Source of the DNA: Octopus vulgaris
Lineage: Eukaryota
Assembly (NCBI GenBank): GCA_951406725.2
Contig: OX597830.1
Span: forward strand, 54,312,001 to 54,376,000
Reading direction: 5' to 3'
DNA length: 64,000 bases
Shown piece after piece: positions 11,390-24,993 of the stretch (the first letter of the stretch is position 1; every line of letters starts with the position of its first letter). The position numbers were made by a program, and so were the translations under genes. The notes under the pieces were generated by a model. That model ran no database searches and was not told the origin of the DNA. It saw nothing but the letters and a program-made list of their open reading frames with translations.

Positions 11390-12250
11390 TTAGCATAATT
11401 TCCGTGCACTTTGTCTTATTGTGGCATCAAGAAGCCACAAAAACGACATCACCAGGAAGCTGACAAAATGAGAGTAATGATAAATGAGGAACGTCTGATC
11501 ATCGAATGAGGGAAAAACTCCCAGTTCAAATAAGTTTTGTTGAAGATAAGAAATGAAAGCCAAAATAACAACAATAATTAATGTTCTTAAAGGCGATTTC
11601 ATCATCTCACATTGTCTACCTTTGATAGCAATATAGATCAACAAGCCTATATACACTAGCATTGTTATCATCATCAATATTGAGAATGTAGCCATGATTG
11701 TTATGAAATTACTATTTATACTAATATTGCATCTCCCCGGACTAAAAACGGAACATGCCAGAAACATTACCAATCCTTTTACCCAGAGAAAGGCCCACAA
11801 AATCCCTGTCACTGCGTACTGGATAATTAAAAACTTCCGATTTCCATATTTGCTTGGTTGAAAGTATTTCACGATAAAATCACAGCAAATAGGGAATAAG
11901 AAATATTTAGACCCTTCATCTAGAACACTATGAGTCATAAATATAAATGCACAAGCTGAAGTTGGGAAATATAGGAATAGCTGGAGATGTATATTCTGAA
12001 AATAAACGAACAAGGTAAACAATGCATAGTTCAACATATAGTTCAGCAATGACAGAGAGCGCGTTTTCCCGTGAGATTTACGATCTAGGAAAATGGCGAT
12101 CATTAGAAATGCATTGGTCAGGATAACTAGAATGATCGAGGCACACAAAATTATATTCGACCGCCCGAATATATTATCTCCGAAGACTGAAAATTTTGGG
12201 GTATAATCGTAGTCGTAGTTATAATCTAGAGTCACTTGTAAATCTTCCAT
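11390..12250 (-). CDS. Orphan 7TM GPCR-like receptor, paralogue 2 (286 aa, C-tail truncated by premature TAA)
   Basis: Closest to paralogue 1, with all seven TMs intact. The stop at 11392-11390 is followed in frame by [18 protein letters not shown] ending at 11333. Confidence 0.85.
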   Translation of the reverse strand: MEDLQVTLDYNYDYDYTPKFSVFGDNIFGRSNIILCASIILVILTNAFLMIAIFLDRKSHGKTRSLSLLNYMLNYALFTLFVYFQNIHLQLFLYFPTSACAFIFMTHSVLDEGSKYFLFPICCDFIVKYFQPSKYGNRKFLIIQYAVTGILWAFLWVKGLVMFLACSVFSPGRCNISINSNFITIMATFSILMMITMLVYIGLLIYIAIKGRQCEMMKSPLRTLIIVVILAFISYLQQNLFELGVFPSFDDQTFLIYHYSHFVSFLVMSFLWLLDATIRQSARKLC

Positions 12251-12283
12251 CTTGTGTTTTGAGTATTTTGAATTGTCTCAATT

Positions 12284-12310
12284 CTGAAATGGAGATAATA
12301 AGATAAATAA
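12284..12310 (-). promoter_or_regulatory. 3' splice acceptor of 5'-UTR intron, paralogue 2
   Basis: tattatctccatttcag| lies 33 nt before the ATG, with an in-frame TGA between. Confidence 0.75.
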
Positions 12311-12520
12311 TGAAACCAACAGGCTAATTTTTTTCTTTATATATCAGTAGCTGTAACTATAATTTTAGAGAGATACTAAGGAATAATAAATAGTAGGAAC
12401 CGTGCCAAACGTAGGATCTGTTATTACAATAACGATGTATGTATGAAGCCAATCACAACTGTATTGTTCTGCCTTCCTTTCCATCTCAATAAATGATAGA
12501 AAACATGCACTGCGAAAATG

Positions 12521-12560
<40 letters not shown>

Positions 12561-12585
12561 AAGTGGTCATGGGCTAACAAGTATT

Positions 12586-12648
12586 TGGGATCTGACGATA
12601 CACCATAAAGCTAAACCTTTTATTGACAGGAAACCTAAGGTAATCCCA
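12586..12648 (+). ncRNA. Hammerhead ribozyme motif, stem II partly decayed
   Basis: TGGGAT-CTGACGA-...-GAAA-CCTAAGG-TA-ATCCCA. Perfect 6-bp stem I and intact core; the base of stem II is mismatched. Confidence 0.6.
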
Positions 12649-12669
12649 TAAACTGGCCTTCCCCATTTT

Positions 12670-12735
<66 letters not shown>

Positions 12736-13705
12736 GTATGAGTAAGTATTTTTTTTATTTCTTACATATTTATCGCTGACGAGGAGAAAATTCTTATAAA
12801 TTAACTCTGAAATTGGGACCGATACGATAATAACGGAATTTTTTTGAAATTTCTGTCGGCTTGCTTCGAGACGTGTGTTTATAGTGATAAATTATATGGT
12901 TATTGACAATTTGTCTATTTTCGGCATATTTGGCATTAGAATTTTTTTCTTTTGCCCTTGTTTATAAGTTGTTTATACACCCCCACACACACACACACAA
13001 AAGAGAAGAGTATTTCGAATCTCTTCTCACACCATTCGTTACTCTGAAAGAGAATTAAATTAATTATATATTATCTGAAAACCAAAGGTTAAAAATAGCT
13101 GGTGGTATTGATTATGAATAACACGTGACGCAAATTTAATTTAATAGCGTAGGATTTTATACCCTTAAGTGAACCGCTTGTCAAAGTTTTAACTCTGCCA
13201 ACAACATAATACCTAATCTGATATTAAGAATCTGATATTAAGTTATCATACTCACAACGGAATCCCTTTGTTACTTGATTATCCTTCCTGGATACAAAAT
13301 AAGACGAAATGTTTGATCTTTTGGTTGGGAGCATAAGAAGGGGACGGAATAATAAAAACAATTAACTGAATTTGTATTTTGAAGTATTGTCATCAAATAT
13401 TTTCTACCGTTCAAAAATGTTTCTGTGGAGATGAATGACCTATAGTATTGTATAACAAGAATATTCAAGAAATATATTCGGATCTTGACGACAACTTTTC
13501 AATATAACGTCTTTGTAACAATAAACTTAGTAACGAATAACATTCAAGTTCAGTTCGTTGCACAAATAACTTTACTTTAGGATAACTTTTCCGCTAATTG
13601 CACTCTTGTGACTTCGCGTGAAGGGAGATTTTTTTCATTTTTACAGTAAAACGCAATTTTCCATGCTTATACACTCGCAAAAGCTTTCCTTTTTGCATAA
13701 AACAC

Positions 13706-13771
<66 letters not shown>

Positions 13772-14377
13772 ATATATGATGTATTTATAAATGCATATAT
13801 ACATACATATATATATATATATATGTGTGTGTATAAAACCAAAGAAACGCACGCACTATATATTCGTTCTTCACTCGTTTTTTATTGTTCCTATTCAAAC
13901 TCATGTCCATTGTCCGGAAATTTTTCGACACACAACATGACTAACAATGACAACAGCAACAGCGGTGACAACGATGGCAATAACAACAACAAGCACGATG
14001 GCAGCAGCGCTGGTAAACAAACACACAAACACACAGAGGGATACAGGAACTGTACCAAATGTCGTATCCTACGACAGCAGCAGCGACAGCGGGGGAGGGC
14101 ATTGGGCTGAGGGAAGGTCATGGTGCTACTAAGAACAATTACACACACATACACACACACACACACACACAAGCAAACACGAATCCAAAAACTTACGTAT
14201 ATAACGATACGCATCATATAAGAACAGAATGAAATAAGAAGAGCAAGAGCACACACGGAAACGAAAATTGTCGCTGAAGAGGTGACAGATGTGCGACGGA
14301 AGATTTCAGGACAATGGACATGAATTAGAGTAAGGACAGTAATAAACGATTGAAGAACGAATATATAATGAAAATAT

Positions 14378-14449
<72 letters not shown>

Positions 14450-14450
14450 A

Positions 14451-14518
<68 letters not shown>

Positions 14519-14674
14519 TAATAATAAATGACCATCCTGAAATACGGCAGTATCTGTTTCAATAAACGATTTCACATCAGAGATCTTGCAGCACACATTC
14601 ATATATATATAGAGTGGTGCTCCAGTATGGCTGCAGTCGAATGATTGAAATAAGTAAAAGAATAAAAACATATG

Positions 14675-14758
<84 letters not shown>

Positions 14759-14764
14759 TATATG

Positions 14765-14796
<32 letters not shown>

Positions 14797-14844
14797 ATCT
14801 CTCTCTCTCTATATATATATACATATATATATACATATACATAT

Positions 14845-14916
<72 letters not shown>

Positions 14917-14924
14917 GTGTGTGA

Positions 14925-14979
<55 letters not shown>

Positions 14980-15990
14980 ACAGAATTAGGTAAGTGCTTT
15001 AAGAACTTTAAATTATGTTACCTGTTTATACCGGAGTTTCAAAAGCCGAGTTTTTCAAGCTGAAATAGAATAAAAATAAAATGAAGAGAAATTTAACTGA
15101 ATTAATATTTTACTCCTAGAAGTTAATACTTTTCTTTTACAAAACTTACATAGTACTAAAATTTGGTTTCCATCTGATTCTCGTTGAGATGCTTTAGTTG
15201 CAGATGCAACCGTAGTGTCTGTTCGTTGAAGGCTCAGTTGTCACGTTTGGTGGTGACAGCGGAAACAATGATATTGGCTCTAGCCGTTGTATTAATGGCG
15301 GCTTCAGTAAATTTTACAGTAGAATTACAGGTATGTTCTTGTTGATGCTTTGCTGTTGTGTTGTGTAGCTGCGAAATAGATATGGTGGAAAATGGTAAAA
15401 TTTGACTCTTTCTCACTTGCAAATGTTCATGATTCTTTTTTGTGTGTATGCTCATATTTCAATATGTGATCTATAAAATTGTGCATCGTCTTAAGGATAC
15501 TCCAGCTTGTCCTATATAATGTTCTTTACATCCTGAGCATGTGATTGCGTAGTATTACATAAAAAGATATCAAATAATTTTTTATTTCCCCAAAGAGTGA
15601 TATCTCCGAGAGCTATTCAGAGCAATTCACACAGCACATACCTTGCACCAGTCCTTGCCCGCTGATTTTCACCAATATATGAAACTGTATAAAACAAACC
15701 TTAATTTTTTCTTCTCTGTCAATGGTTAATAAAGGATAAAATCCGATATAAAGATAAATCTTACTATTGTATATCCTCAAATGCATAATTCCTATATTTC
15801 TTCATCTAGTAAAGAATAAAATTTAAGGTGTGATGTTTTAAACAGTAGATTAACAGCGAAAAACAGCATCTTATCCATTGCCAATATATATCGTGTTGAG
15901 TCAAAAGTTTTGCAATATTTTGATATCTTATTTGCTTTATTCATGAAGTCACAACAAAAGTAGCCTAGCATTCAAAACATGGCCTATCGT
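14980..15990 (-). mobile_element. Penelope-like retroelement remnant (GIY-YIG endonuclease)
   Basis: Minus strand 15552-15484 reads YAITCSGCKEHYIGQAGVSLRRC, matching the GIY-YIG pattern with CxxC typical of PLEs. Boundaries are approximate. Confidence 0.6.
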
Positions 15991-15999
15991 ATTGTACTG

Positions 16000-16540
16000 T
16001 ATGAAGCCACCTTTCTGCTAGTTCTTTGATACCATGTTGATACCAGTTTTTGCCCCTTGAAGCGAAGAACTCCTTTACTGAAGCTTCGATCTCCTCTTGG
16101 TTTATGTAGCGTCGCAAGTACAGGAGTTACATAGATCGGAGCAAGTAAGAATCCGAGCGAGCTAGGTCCGGACTATATGTTGTGTGTGGCATCAGTTCGC
16201 TTACCTCAATTTCCTGGAAATTATTCCGGGTCGTTCGAGCTGTATGAGGTCTTGCGTTGTTTTGCTGCAGAATAGATCACTTTCTAGTAATAAATGCCGG
16301 GTATTTTTGATGTACAATAGTCTACATCCACTCCAGATGCTCGGAGTACAGGATGGCATCGATCATTCAACCGTCTGGAACGAATTTATAGTGAATTAAC
16401 CCGCCATAATTCCACCAGACGCAAGTGTCACCCTGTTTCGAAACGCCCATTTTTGGCAACAGGTTCCGGAAGCTGGCGCTTGCTTAAACACTGCTTATGC
16501 AATGACTGTAGTAAAAAATCCCCTTTGGATTATTACTTGT
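16000..16540 (-). mobile_element. Degenerate mariner transposase fragment
   Basis: Minus strand near 16130-16178 reads YSPDLARSDSYLLRSM, the YSPDLAPSD motif. Confidence 0.65.
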
Positions 16541-17159
16541 GTTCAGTTTCCAAGTAGCCCTGCACCACTACCCTAATGCTATTAGAAGAAAAAAAGTGGG
16601 TAACAGAACTGCAGGTAGAAGAGATCGCATGAGAACTAAAAAAGAAGGAACAAGAAGTAGAACAGCCAAACAACATGAGTGATAGAGTTCAACCAAAAGA
16701 AGACCCTACAAGAAAAATAACATTACCAATAAAGAACGGAAAACTGACTTAGATGATACAGCTTTGGGGAAAGTTAATATCAAGGCAGGAAGTTTCCGCA
16801 GAGACTCGTAATCTCCTTTAAAATTTGTGTTATTTTTAATACACCCCAACAGTTTTGTATTAAGAAAAGTAAAAGTTTAGAGATAATAAAGGAAAAATCA
16901 ACCATTTGCTCAAAATGGATGAGCTGAAAGTTTTAATAAGAATAACATATATATATATAAACAGGGATAGATTTCTTAATACAGACTCTAAGGCTCTTCA
17001 GCAAAGATATCTGTATGGAACTTGGCATAGATAAGTGCGCAATAGTAGTCATAAAATAGTTACAGGTATTCTGTCGTGAAGACTTTCAATTAGCCAGTTC
17101 AACTTTCACGACGTCCGGAGTCACTCCGAACACGTCATCATACTTTCCTACCACTAATC

Positions 17160-20100
17160 TTTATGTAGCTAAAGTGGAATATCCACCGATCCTATTGCCC
17201 GACTGGTAGAGGACAGTGAGTGCCTGGCGATATTATAGGTGCCAGGCGCCCAGTCTTGGTCTATCCTTTACTCAAAACTGCAACACCGTGAAAGAGACGA
17301 GTTGCGGAAAGACCTGCTTTACAAACGAAGCCCATACACGTTCACCTGAGTGCATGTCTGCACATCAAAAGCCACGGCACTTCTAAGCCATCATGCAGAG
17401 GGACCTGGCAGCAGACCAACCACTTGACTATTGGAATGCCTCCATTCCAGAACAAAATGAACACGAGACACTTCAACTTGATCAAGTAATAAATGGAGTA
17501 ATGCACGACGGTCAAACGATAAATGATGGCGGAGGTGATGTAGATATTCGTCACCTCCACCCTACCTTTCAAGAATAGCTTTCTCTCTGCCCACTCCTGG
17601 GTAAGTCCGGCCACCCTGTTCGTCACTTCATCCCAGAGCTTATTCAGGTGGAAGTCGGGACCGAACCAGATCCCGAGCAATTTAACTGGTCCGTCGGTCC
17701 AGCGTTCGACGACACCGTCACACGGCATCGACCTACCTCCCCAGGTGCCCAGTCGTAATCCCACCGACTTGGCATTAATTTTGGTCCCTGCAACCGATTC
17801 ATATTCCCTAACAATGGAGCAGACCGATTCCACTTCGGAGGCGTCGGTCAACATGAAGGTGACGTCGTCCGTGTATACCGTCACTACTTCCCGTGTCTCA
17901 GTTCGATAGGGATGACCCTCAATAGTTCTATCTTCCTCAGCAGTGGCTCGAGAGTCAGCACGTACAGAAGAGGTGACAGCAGGCAGCCCTAACGGACTGA
18001 ACATGCGATGATAAACGTTTACTTTGACCACCGAGCAGGTGCCGCTGTGTATTGCAGCGATCCAGTTTCTGAAAACAGGTCACTTTAAGGATAGCTTCCA
18101 AGTCGACCCTATCGAATGCCTTCGATTGATCCAAATTGTTCAGGGCCCATCGAAGCCAGCTTTAATCCCATCCCTCTCTATGATGTATCGCATAAGGTGG
18201 AGGTTGTCGTGGATAGACCTGTTTGGATTGCGCATGTTTGTGCTTTCCCTACTAGACTACCAACGACAAACGCCTAAATTTTTGTTAACACTTTGGCTAA
18301 AATCTTAAACTCCGCGTTCAGCAGAGTTATGGGCCGAAACTTCCCTAGCGCATACTCACTGTCGACGTCCTTCTTCAGCAGTGTCACCGCACCCTAAATA
18401 ACAACACTAAGAATTCTACTGTTATCTTGCCAGTCGCGATGGACGTCTGCCAATAGGTCGCCAAACAAATCTGCCATGAATACTTAGAAATCATAGGGTA
18501 GACAATCTAAACCTGGCAGTTTAGTTCCTTCATGTTTTAGCCTTAACTCTGACAACACTTCCTTCGTGTTTTACCTAAAAAGATATGGTCAAGAGCCATT
18601 CTCGCTGCTCACGCGTTAGTTGTGATGCCTTTACTAATCGCTTCTTCTAGTTTGCTAACTGTTTCTCCCTCTAATCAATTTCTTTCTATTGCCAACTCTT
18701 TGCTAAATGCTATCGATTCTGCTCTAATCACTCTCTTCAGGGCTGTCCACTACCGGTTGATGACGATTGCCCTCGTCAACCACCGCTTAACTAGTTCGCT
18801 AATCCGGTCCCTATAGTTTTTGCGTTTTGGAAAGGACGCGTTTAACTTTCAGTAATCAGGTCCCTCTCTACGACTTCTATCTAAATCGACTGTGCATATC
18901 ACAAATTTGTGGTCTGTGTAGCCGGCCAATTCGAATTGTAGAGACACTCTATGCTATCCCTATCCGCAGACCTAACAAATACTCTATCTAAATACGATCT
19001 GGATGACCCATTGTGGTTGCTCCATGTCCACACTGGCATATCAGGTAAATCCAGTCGATACCTGCCAGACAGCTTAAAGTTTCAGAGTAGGTTTTCGAGG
19101 CTTTTACCTCCGCTTCTTCTATGTACAATATCCACACAGTCCCTCACTAGTATTAAAGTGCGAGATGTTCCCAAGAATGCTTCTAGAAGCCTGAAGAGAT
19201 CTGTCTTTCCAACAGTTGTCGGGGCATGCACGGCTTCCAATCTAAAGGCACCACCTTTGCTGCCATTCACGTCTAGAACCACAAACCTCCGTCAGGGTCC
19301 AAAAAGACAGCCGTTATTTTGAGACCTAAGAATTTTCGGAATAACTCTACTACACCGCCACCCGCTCCCGACATATCACAGGATGAGAATATCTCGTAGT
19401 CTTCGAAAATGCATGCTAGAGCATGCTTTCTGGAAATTCTTGTCTCACTAATGGCTGTCACATCTAAATCAAGGTACTTGAGATCGTTGAGCAAGTGACT
19501 CCGCTATCCAAACCGAATTCAGGCCCCGAACACTTACACAGCCTACTCTCAGTGTAGCCATTTAACTCAGAGAGAAGGAAATGGAGTTACGTAAACTTGG
19601 TCGTCAGGGATGGCTGTTGACACAGTCTTATTTTTGATCGAGAAGGGAGTGAGGCAGGGATTTTCTGGAAAGTTTTTGTTTTGGTGGGGGCGCTCACTAA
19701 ACCGACAGTTGTCGGGGCATACACGTCTTCCAATCTAAAGGCACTGGAGGAATTTCTGTTTCAAATCCAGAAAGGTATCCATATCTGTCCGATGGAGTTT
19801 TCGGGAGGGGTTCCGCAAAATCTTCTCCACTTGTTACAATGTTTTTGCTATTGATTACTTCTTCAATCAGTTGAATGGTATGAATGTGTTTGTAAAATGG
19901 CTTTTCTTGTGATGAAGGTGTTCATGTTGGTGTTGATTTGTTTTTTAATTGGGGTTATAAGGGATTTAGTTTTTTACTGTCATGTTTCAGGGCCTTCAAT
20001 TTGGGTCGGTCTCTGTTTGCTTCAGATTCAGTTTTTCTCTTATCCCCGGCAGAGGCCTTTTGTTGCAATGTCAACGAGGTCTTTGTTTTTGTGAGGCCTG

Positions 20101-20960
20101 AGTCGGAGGAAAGAGGCAGATGTAGTTTTTTTCGCTTCTTGAGGATTCGGTAGTAATTGTGGAGAGCTTCGTGCTTTCTCCGCTGCGAGCCAAGGGGCTT
20201 TGACGTGGTTCGTATTCCCACACACAAAACACTTTGTTATTTTCCCTTCTATATAAACGGGCATCTGTTCGCATTTCCCGAAGCAGAAAAAATCGGGAAT
20301 TCGATTTATTTCCTCTGGATAAAGTAGTATCTGAAATTCCATAAGAATTCCAGTCCTATTGAGTTGTGAGGCACACCTCCAATCTCCTCACGCTCCTCCA
20401 GAATTGCTAAAACTCTCACTGGATCACGGTGAACCAGTACGCCTTTGACTCAAATTCGAGTCAACATTTTACCCATGTAATGAGGAATTATCACTAACGC
20501 CTGGGACTTGCAAGATATAGCAGCCATTCTTATGGCTTCTTGCTCACTGCTGCATATAGCAGCTGCTGTCTCGTACCTTTGCATATGTGTAGCACTGAGG
20601 CACACACTCATGAAGACATTTTTCGGTCTCTGCAATAAAGACATTTGTAGACAATCGTAAGTCATTCGGAGGCTTTTTCCCCCTTCCTCTTGAGGCACAC
20701 AACAAGGATACGAAATGTCACTTTTGTATTTGAGTGATTTATTTTTTCAAATCTTGAACCGAACGCTCGGTGCACTGGTTAACTGCCTTCGAAAAAGATA
20801 TAGCGTTGTTGTGGTTGTTTATGCTATCGTTGTTGCTGCTACTGTTGTTGTTTTTGTTGTTGTAGCCACTGCGGTCACCATTGATAACTGTAGTGTTCGA
20901 TTCGCCGTTGTTGTTTTTACTCATGTTGTTCATGTTGCCTTTGTTGTTTTCGATCTTGTT
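17160..20960 (-). mobile_element. Decayed L1/Tx1-clade LINE (ORF1, APE endonuclease, RT)
   Basis: EN-like LDVTAISETR...GGGV (19273-19494), RT-like YTDDVT...KINAKS...VKLLGIWF (17342-18031) and ORF1 CFVCGNTNH. Multiple stops and frameshifts. Confidence 0.8.
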
Positions 20961-21039
20961 CATGTTGTTGATACAATTGCTATTATTGTTATTTGTACCA
21001 TTCGTGCTGCTGCAGTTGCTGTTGAGCGAACGGTCTTCG

Positions 21040-21370
21040 TCCCAGAGCTCGCAAGATGGGTGAAGTCCGAAACGTGGTCCTTTGCAATTCGTAAGACCCG
21101 CAAAAGAGAAACCAGGTCAACCCCCCAACGCCGAGAGCATCGACGGATGGATGAATGCGCATCCAGGCTCAGCGGTTGCGTAGGAAGTCGGGGACAAGAA
21201 ACAGGAAGAAAGAGTGAGAGAAAGTTGGAGCGAAAGAGTACAACAGGGGTCGCCACCACTCCCTGCCGGAGCCTCGTGGAGCTTTAGGTGTTTTCGCTCA
21301 ATAAACACACACAACGCCCGGTCTGGGAATCGAAACCGCGATCCTCCGACCGCGAGCCCGCTGCCTTGAC
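21040..21370 (-). mobile_element. tRNA-derived SINE family B
   Basis: Reverse complement of the 29018-29325 head and body (ggatcgcggtttcgattcccagaccgggcgttgtgtgtg). Confidence 0.7.
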
Positions 21371-21578
21371 CTCCTGCTGTTGCTGCTGTTCACATTGTCA
21401 CTACTGCTCTTGTCGTCATCGTCGTTGCTGTTATTATTTTCACTATTATTATTCTTATTGTGTCGGATTCTGACATATTTAAAAAATAGGAACTGAGATG
21501 ATTTCTTGTTTTCCCGAGTATACTGGGCTTCATATATTCTACCCTAGTGTCACTTTGATGACATGCACTGCTCTCTCA

Positions 21579-21624
<46 letters not shown>

Positions 21625-21628
<4 letters not shown>

Positions 21629-22293
21629 GACATGACAGAGTTGGCTAATAAGATATGACAGAGTTGGCCAATATCTACACTGGCTAATAAGTCGGCATTA
21701 CAATATCAAAACTGCCGACAAGTGGTATAATCACCACCCTGAGGCTGTAACTGAAGGAGAAAATGTAACCATTCTGTGGGACTTTCCAGTACATACAGAC
21801 CGAACTATCAAAGCCAATAAACCAGATATTGTTGTGAAAGACCAAAACAATAAAGTTTGCTTATTGATCGACATGAGCATCCCCTGTGATCATAATATCT
21901 CGGCGAAAGAGTTTAACAAGCTCAGAAAATATAAAGACCTGCTCATTGAAATTGAGAAAATGTGGTATCTCAAGGCGGTTACAATACCAGTGATCGTAGG
22001 AGCACTAGGAATGATCAAGAAGGGAACCGAAAATTATATGAGAATGATCCCTGGCTTACCATCCCTGCAAGAAGTGCAAAAGATTGTCTTAACTGGTACA
22101 TCACACGTATTGAGAAGAGCATTGTCGATGTGAGAACTATTACTACCCATGTATTTTAATTTAACTTAAAAAAAATGAACGAACTAGTGAGTTTAGTTTA
22201 ATGGCCTACCAATGTATACTATGAGTTTCTTTGCCCTAGGAGTCGGGAAGACACTCGGCAAGAAATGGAAGCAAATTTGAAAGAAGAAAAAAG

Positions 22294-22295
<2 letters not shown>
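21625..22295 (+). mobile_element. R4/Dong-like non-LTR retrotransposon 3' fragment (restriction-like endonuclease)
   Basis: RHDRVG...ILWDFPVHTDRTIKANKPDIVV...IPVIVGALG, embedded in (TAA)n on both sides. Confidence 0.8.
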
Positions 22296-22343
<48 letters not shown>

Positions 22344-22347
22344 TATA

Positions 22348-22387
<40 letters not shown>

Positions 22388-22884
22388 CAACAATCCTTTC
22401 TACTATAGACACAAGGCCCGAAATTATTGAGGAGGACAGTAGTCTATATCGATCCCCATGCTTTACTGGTAATCAATTCATCGATCCCAAAAGGACGAAG
22501 AGCTCCTGACGGGCTAACGCTTCTATGACTTAATAGCCTTAATAATGCTAACATTAACATTACTACTAATAATAGATATAACAACAAAACGGCAGTGTGA
22601 AGCTGAAGTCGTTAGGGCCTAGAATACAAATGTTTTGTAGCTTTTGTAGTTGATTATCAAGGAAATTCCCAGGGGCCGTGCATCGATTTTTGAAGAAAGG
22701 TAAAAGTGAGAAAACAGCTTGAATGACAAGACTCAATATAATTATGGTTATAATAAAATTTTCTTTATTAATCCCAAGAACAGCTTGAATATAAAACTAT
22801 TGGAGTAGATTAAAATTCGTAAACATGTTTTAGAGGGGTTTTGTATGCGTATTTGTATATATACACATGTGTTTGTGTGTGTGC

Positions 22885-22937
<53 letters not shown>

Positions 22938-24801
22938 AGATAGAGAGAGAGTACGTTCATATACATGATAATTTTGTATATATATCTTTCTATGTATTTA
23001 TCTATAAATACGTAGATGTGAGTGTGTATATATATGCATATATATGTACATATATGCGTGTGTGTGTGTGTGTGTGGTGTGTATGTATCTGTTTGTGTGT
23101 ATGTGTATTTCATATATATGTATATATACATACACACACAAACACACACATACAGACAAGTACTTATACACCTATATATGAAAATGTGAGTGAATGTATA
23201 GAGTACATATATACAAAAAGTTTAACCAATATATCGGAAAGGGGGACAGAACCCCCAAAAGACTATCAATCTTACTACAACCATATTCCACTCAACAGTT
23301 TGTATCTCGCGATTTCCACCATCAATGGGACTTGAAACAGTCATTTGAAGTGCCAAAGATAACGGCCAAATCTACACCAAATAATGCCCCATCCTTAAAA
23401 GTTTTACACATTCATTATCATAGACCAGACTACTCTATGTCTAAAAAACTTAAGTCGAGATCTCTTTTGACCCAATACTTTTATAACCAGAGCCGATCTG
23501 AAACTAAATATCAACAACAGCAATAACTGAAGGATTAATTTCTGTCATCATAGCAGAAATGTAGTATTCTTTTGTCATTCTCACCTTTTCTTAAAGAAGT
23601 TGATGATTTCATTGAGAAGGGGAAAGCTCATCTCGCAGGTATTTCAGTTATGTTTCGAAATAGAACTGTTTTTCCCAGAGTTACTAGACTGATGAAAGCA
23701 TTTGGCCCTCCTTATTTAGAGATTGTGGTAGAGTATGATTTCTTCAAAACGAATTCATGCAATTAGAGATAATAACCATTAGAAATAATTTCGCGGAACA
23801 GGAACCTCTAAATACTAAACGGTTGCATAGAGAGTCACCATTCTTCCTTCATACCGGATGTCATTGGCTGACGATATGATAGCGCAGCGTGCAGAATCTC
23901 GTAAGAGTCGTATATTTACCAAACAAATTAAAGTCTATCTATAATTTCCGACTTGAAACATTGCCAGAAAAGATTTTCAAATCAATCTCATGGATGCCAA
24001 GAAGACCCCGCAGATTCGCTTTGTCATTTATTCCTAACTAACCCTCAAGAACAAGCATAAAAGATTGACTATATTTCCTTACGTATTTGACGAAAGACGA
24101 CCACAGCTTCTCTTCGATAAAAACAAATCTATGAATGTAATTCAACTACAGAGCAGGTTTATGTATCATCAATTGTAGCATTCGTAGTTCCAAACCGTGT
24201 GTTGCATGCAAATCGATTTTATTCAGTTAAGTATATACTCTAGATATTTCTAGAAGAAGCATGAAATTGATAAAAATATCTAAGCCTGAAATCAAATATC
24301 TTATGAATAAATTTCTACATAATAGTTCCTACATTTTGAATAAAGTCACGGTATTCAGAATATATAAAATAAATCTATCTACCGTACCTAATTGAGGTTT
24401 ATTTCATCAAAACTTTTGTAGAATAAAACGCACTGTCGTGTTCAGTTGGATGTGAGCTCGGAAAATTAAGGGAGATAACTACTTAATTTAAAGACACTCG
24501 GACGCCTTACAGTTTCGACCATGCTTCACGAACAATGAATATTAAAACCCTGTAGCCTAGTTGAAGATCCGAAGATATCAGTATGTACCTGTAGATGAAT
24601 CCAAAAGTTTACTAAGTTCCAGTTGATTGACTCTTGTAAATCCCTTCGAAATCTACATTTACATGTTTCTCCAGTATTTATATGTTGGTCTGTGAAATAG
24701 TTGATGATTCATCTATGCAACTTCAAAAGATTCTTGAACGAAACCATTTCAACTTATTTGTATCGATTATGATATCCAGAACAGATATATGTATGTGTGA
24801 G

Positions 24802-24900
<99 letters not shown>

Positions 24901-24993
24901 ATATATACATATATACACACAAGAATGTGTTATAGAGCAGTATGACAGCAGTATATAAAAGATATAATGCTATTTTCAAATCTCTATATAATG

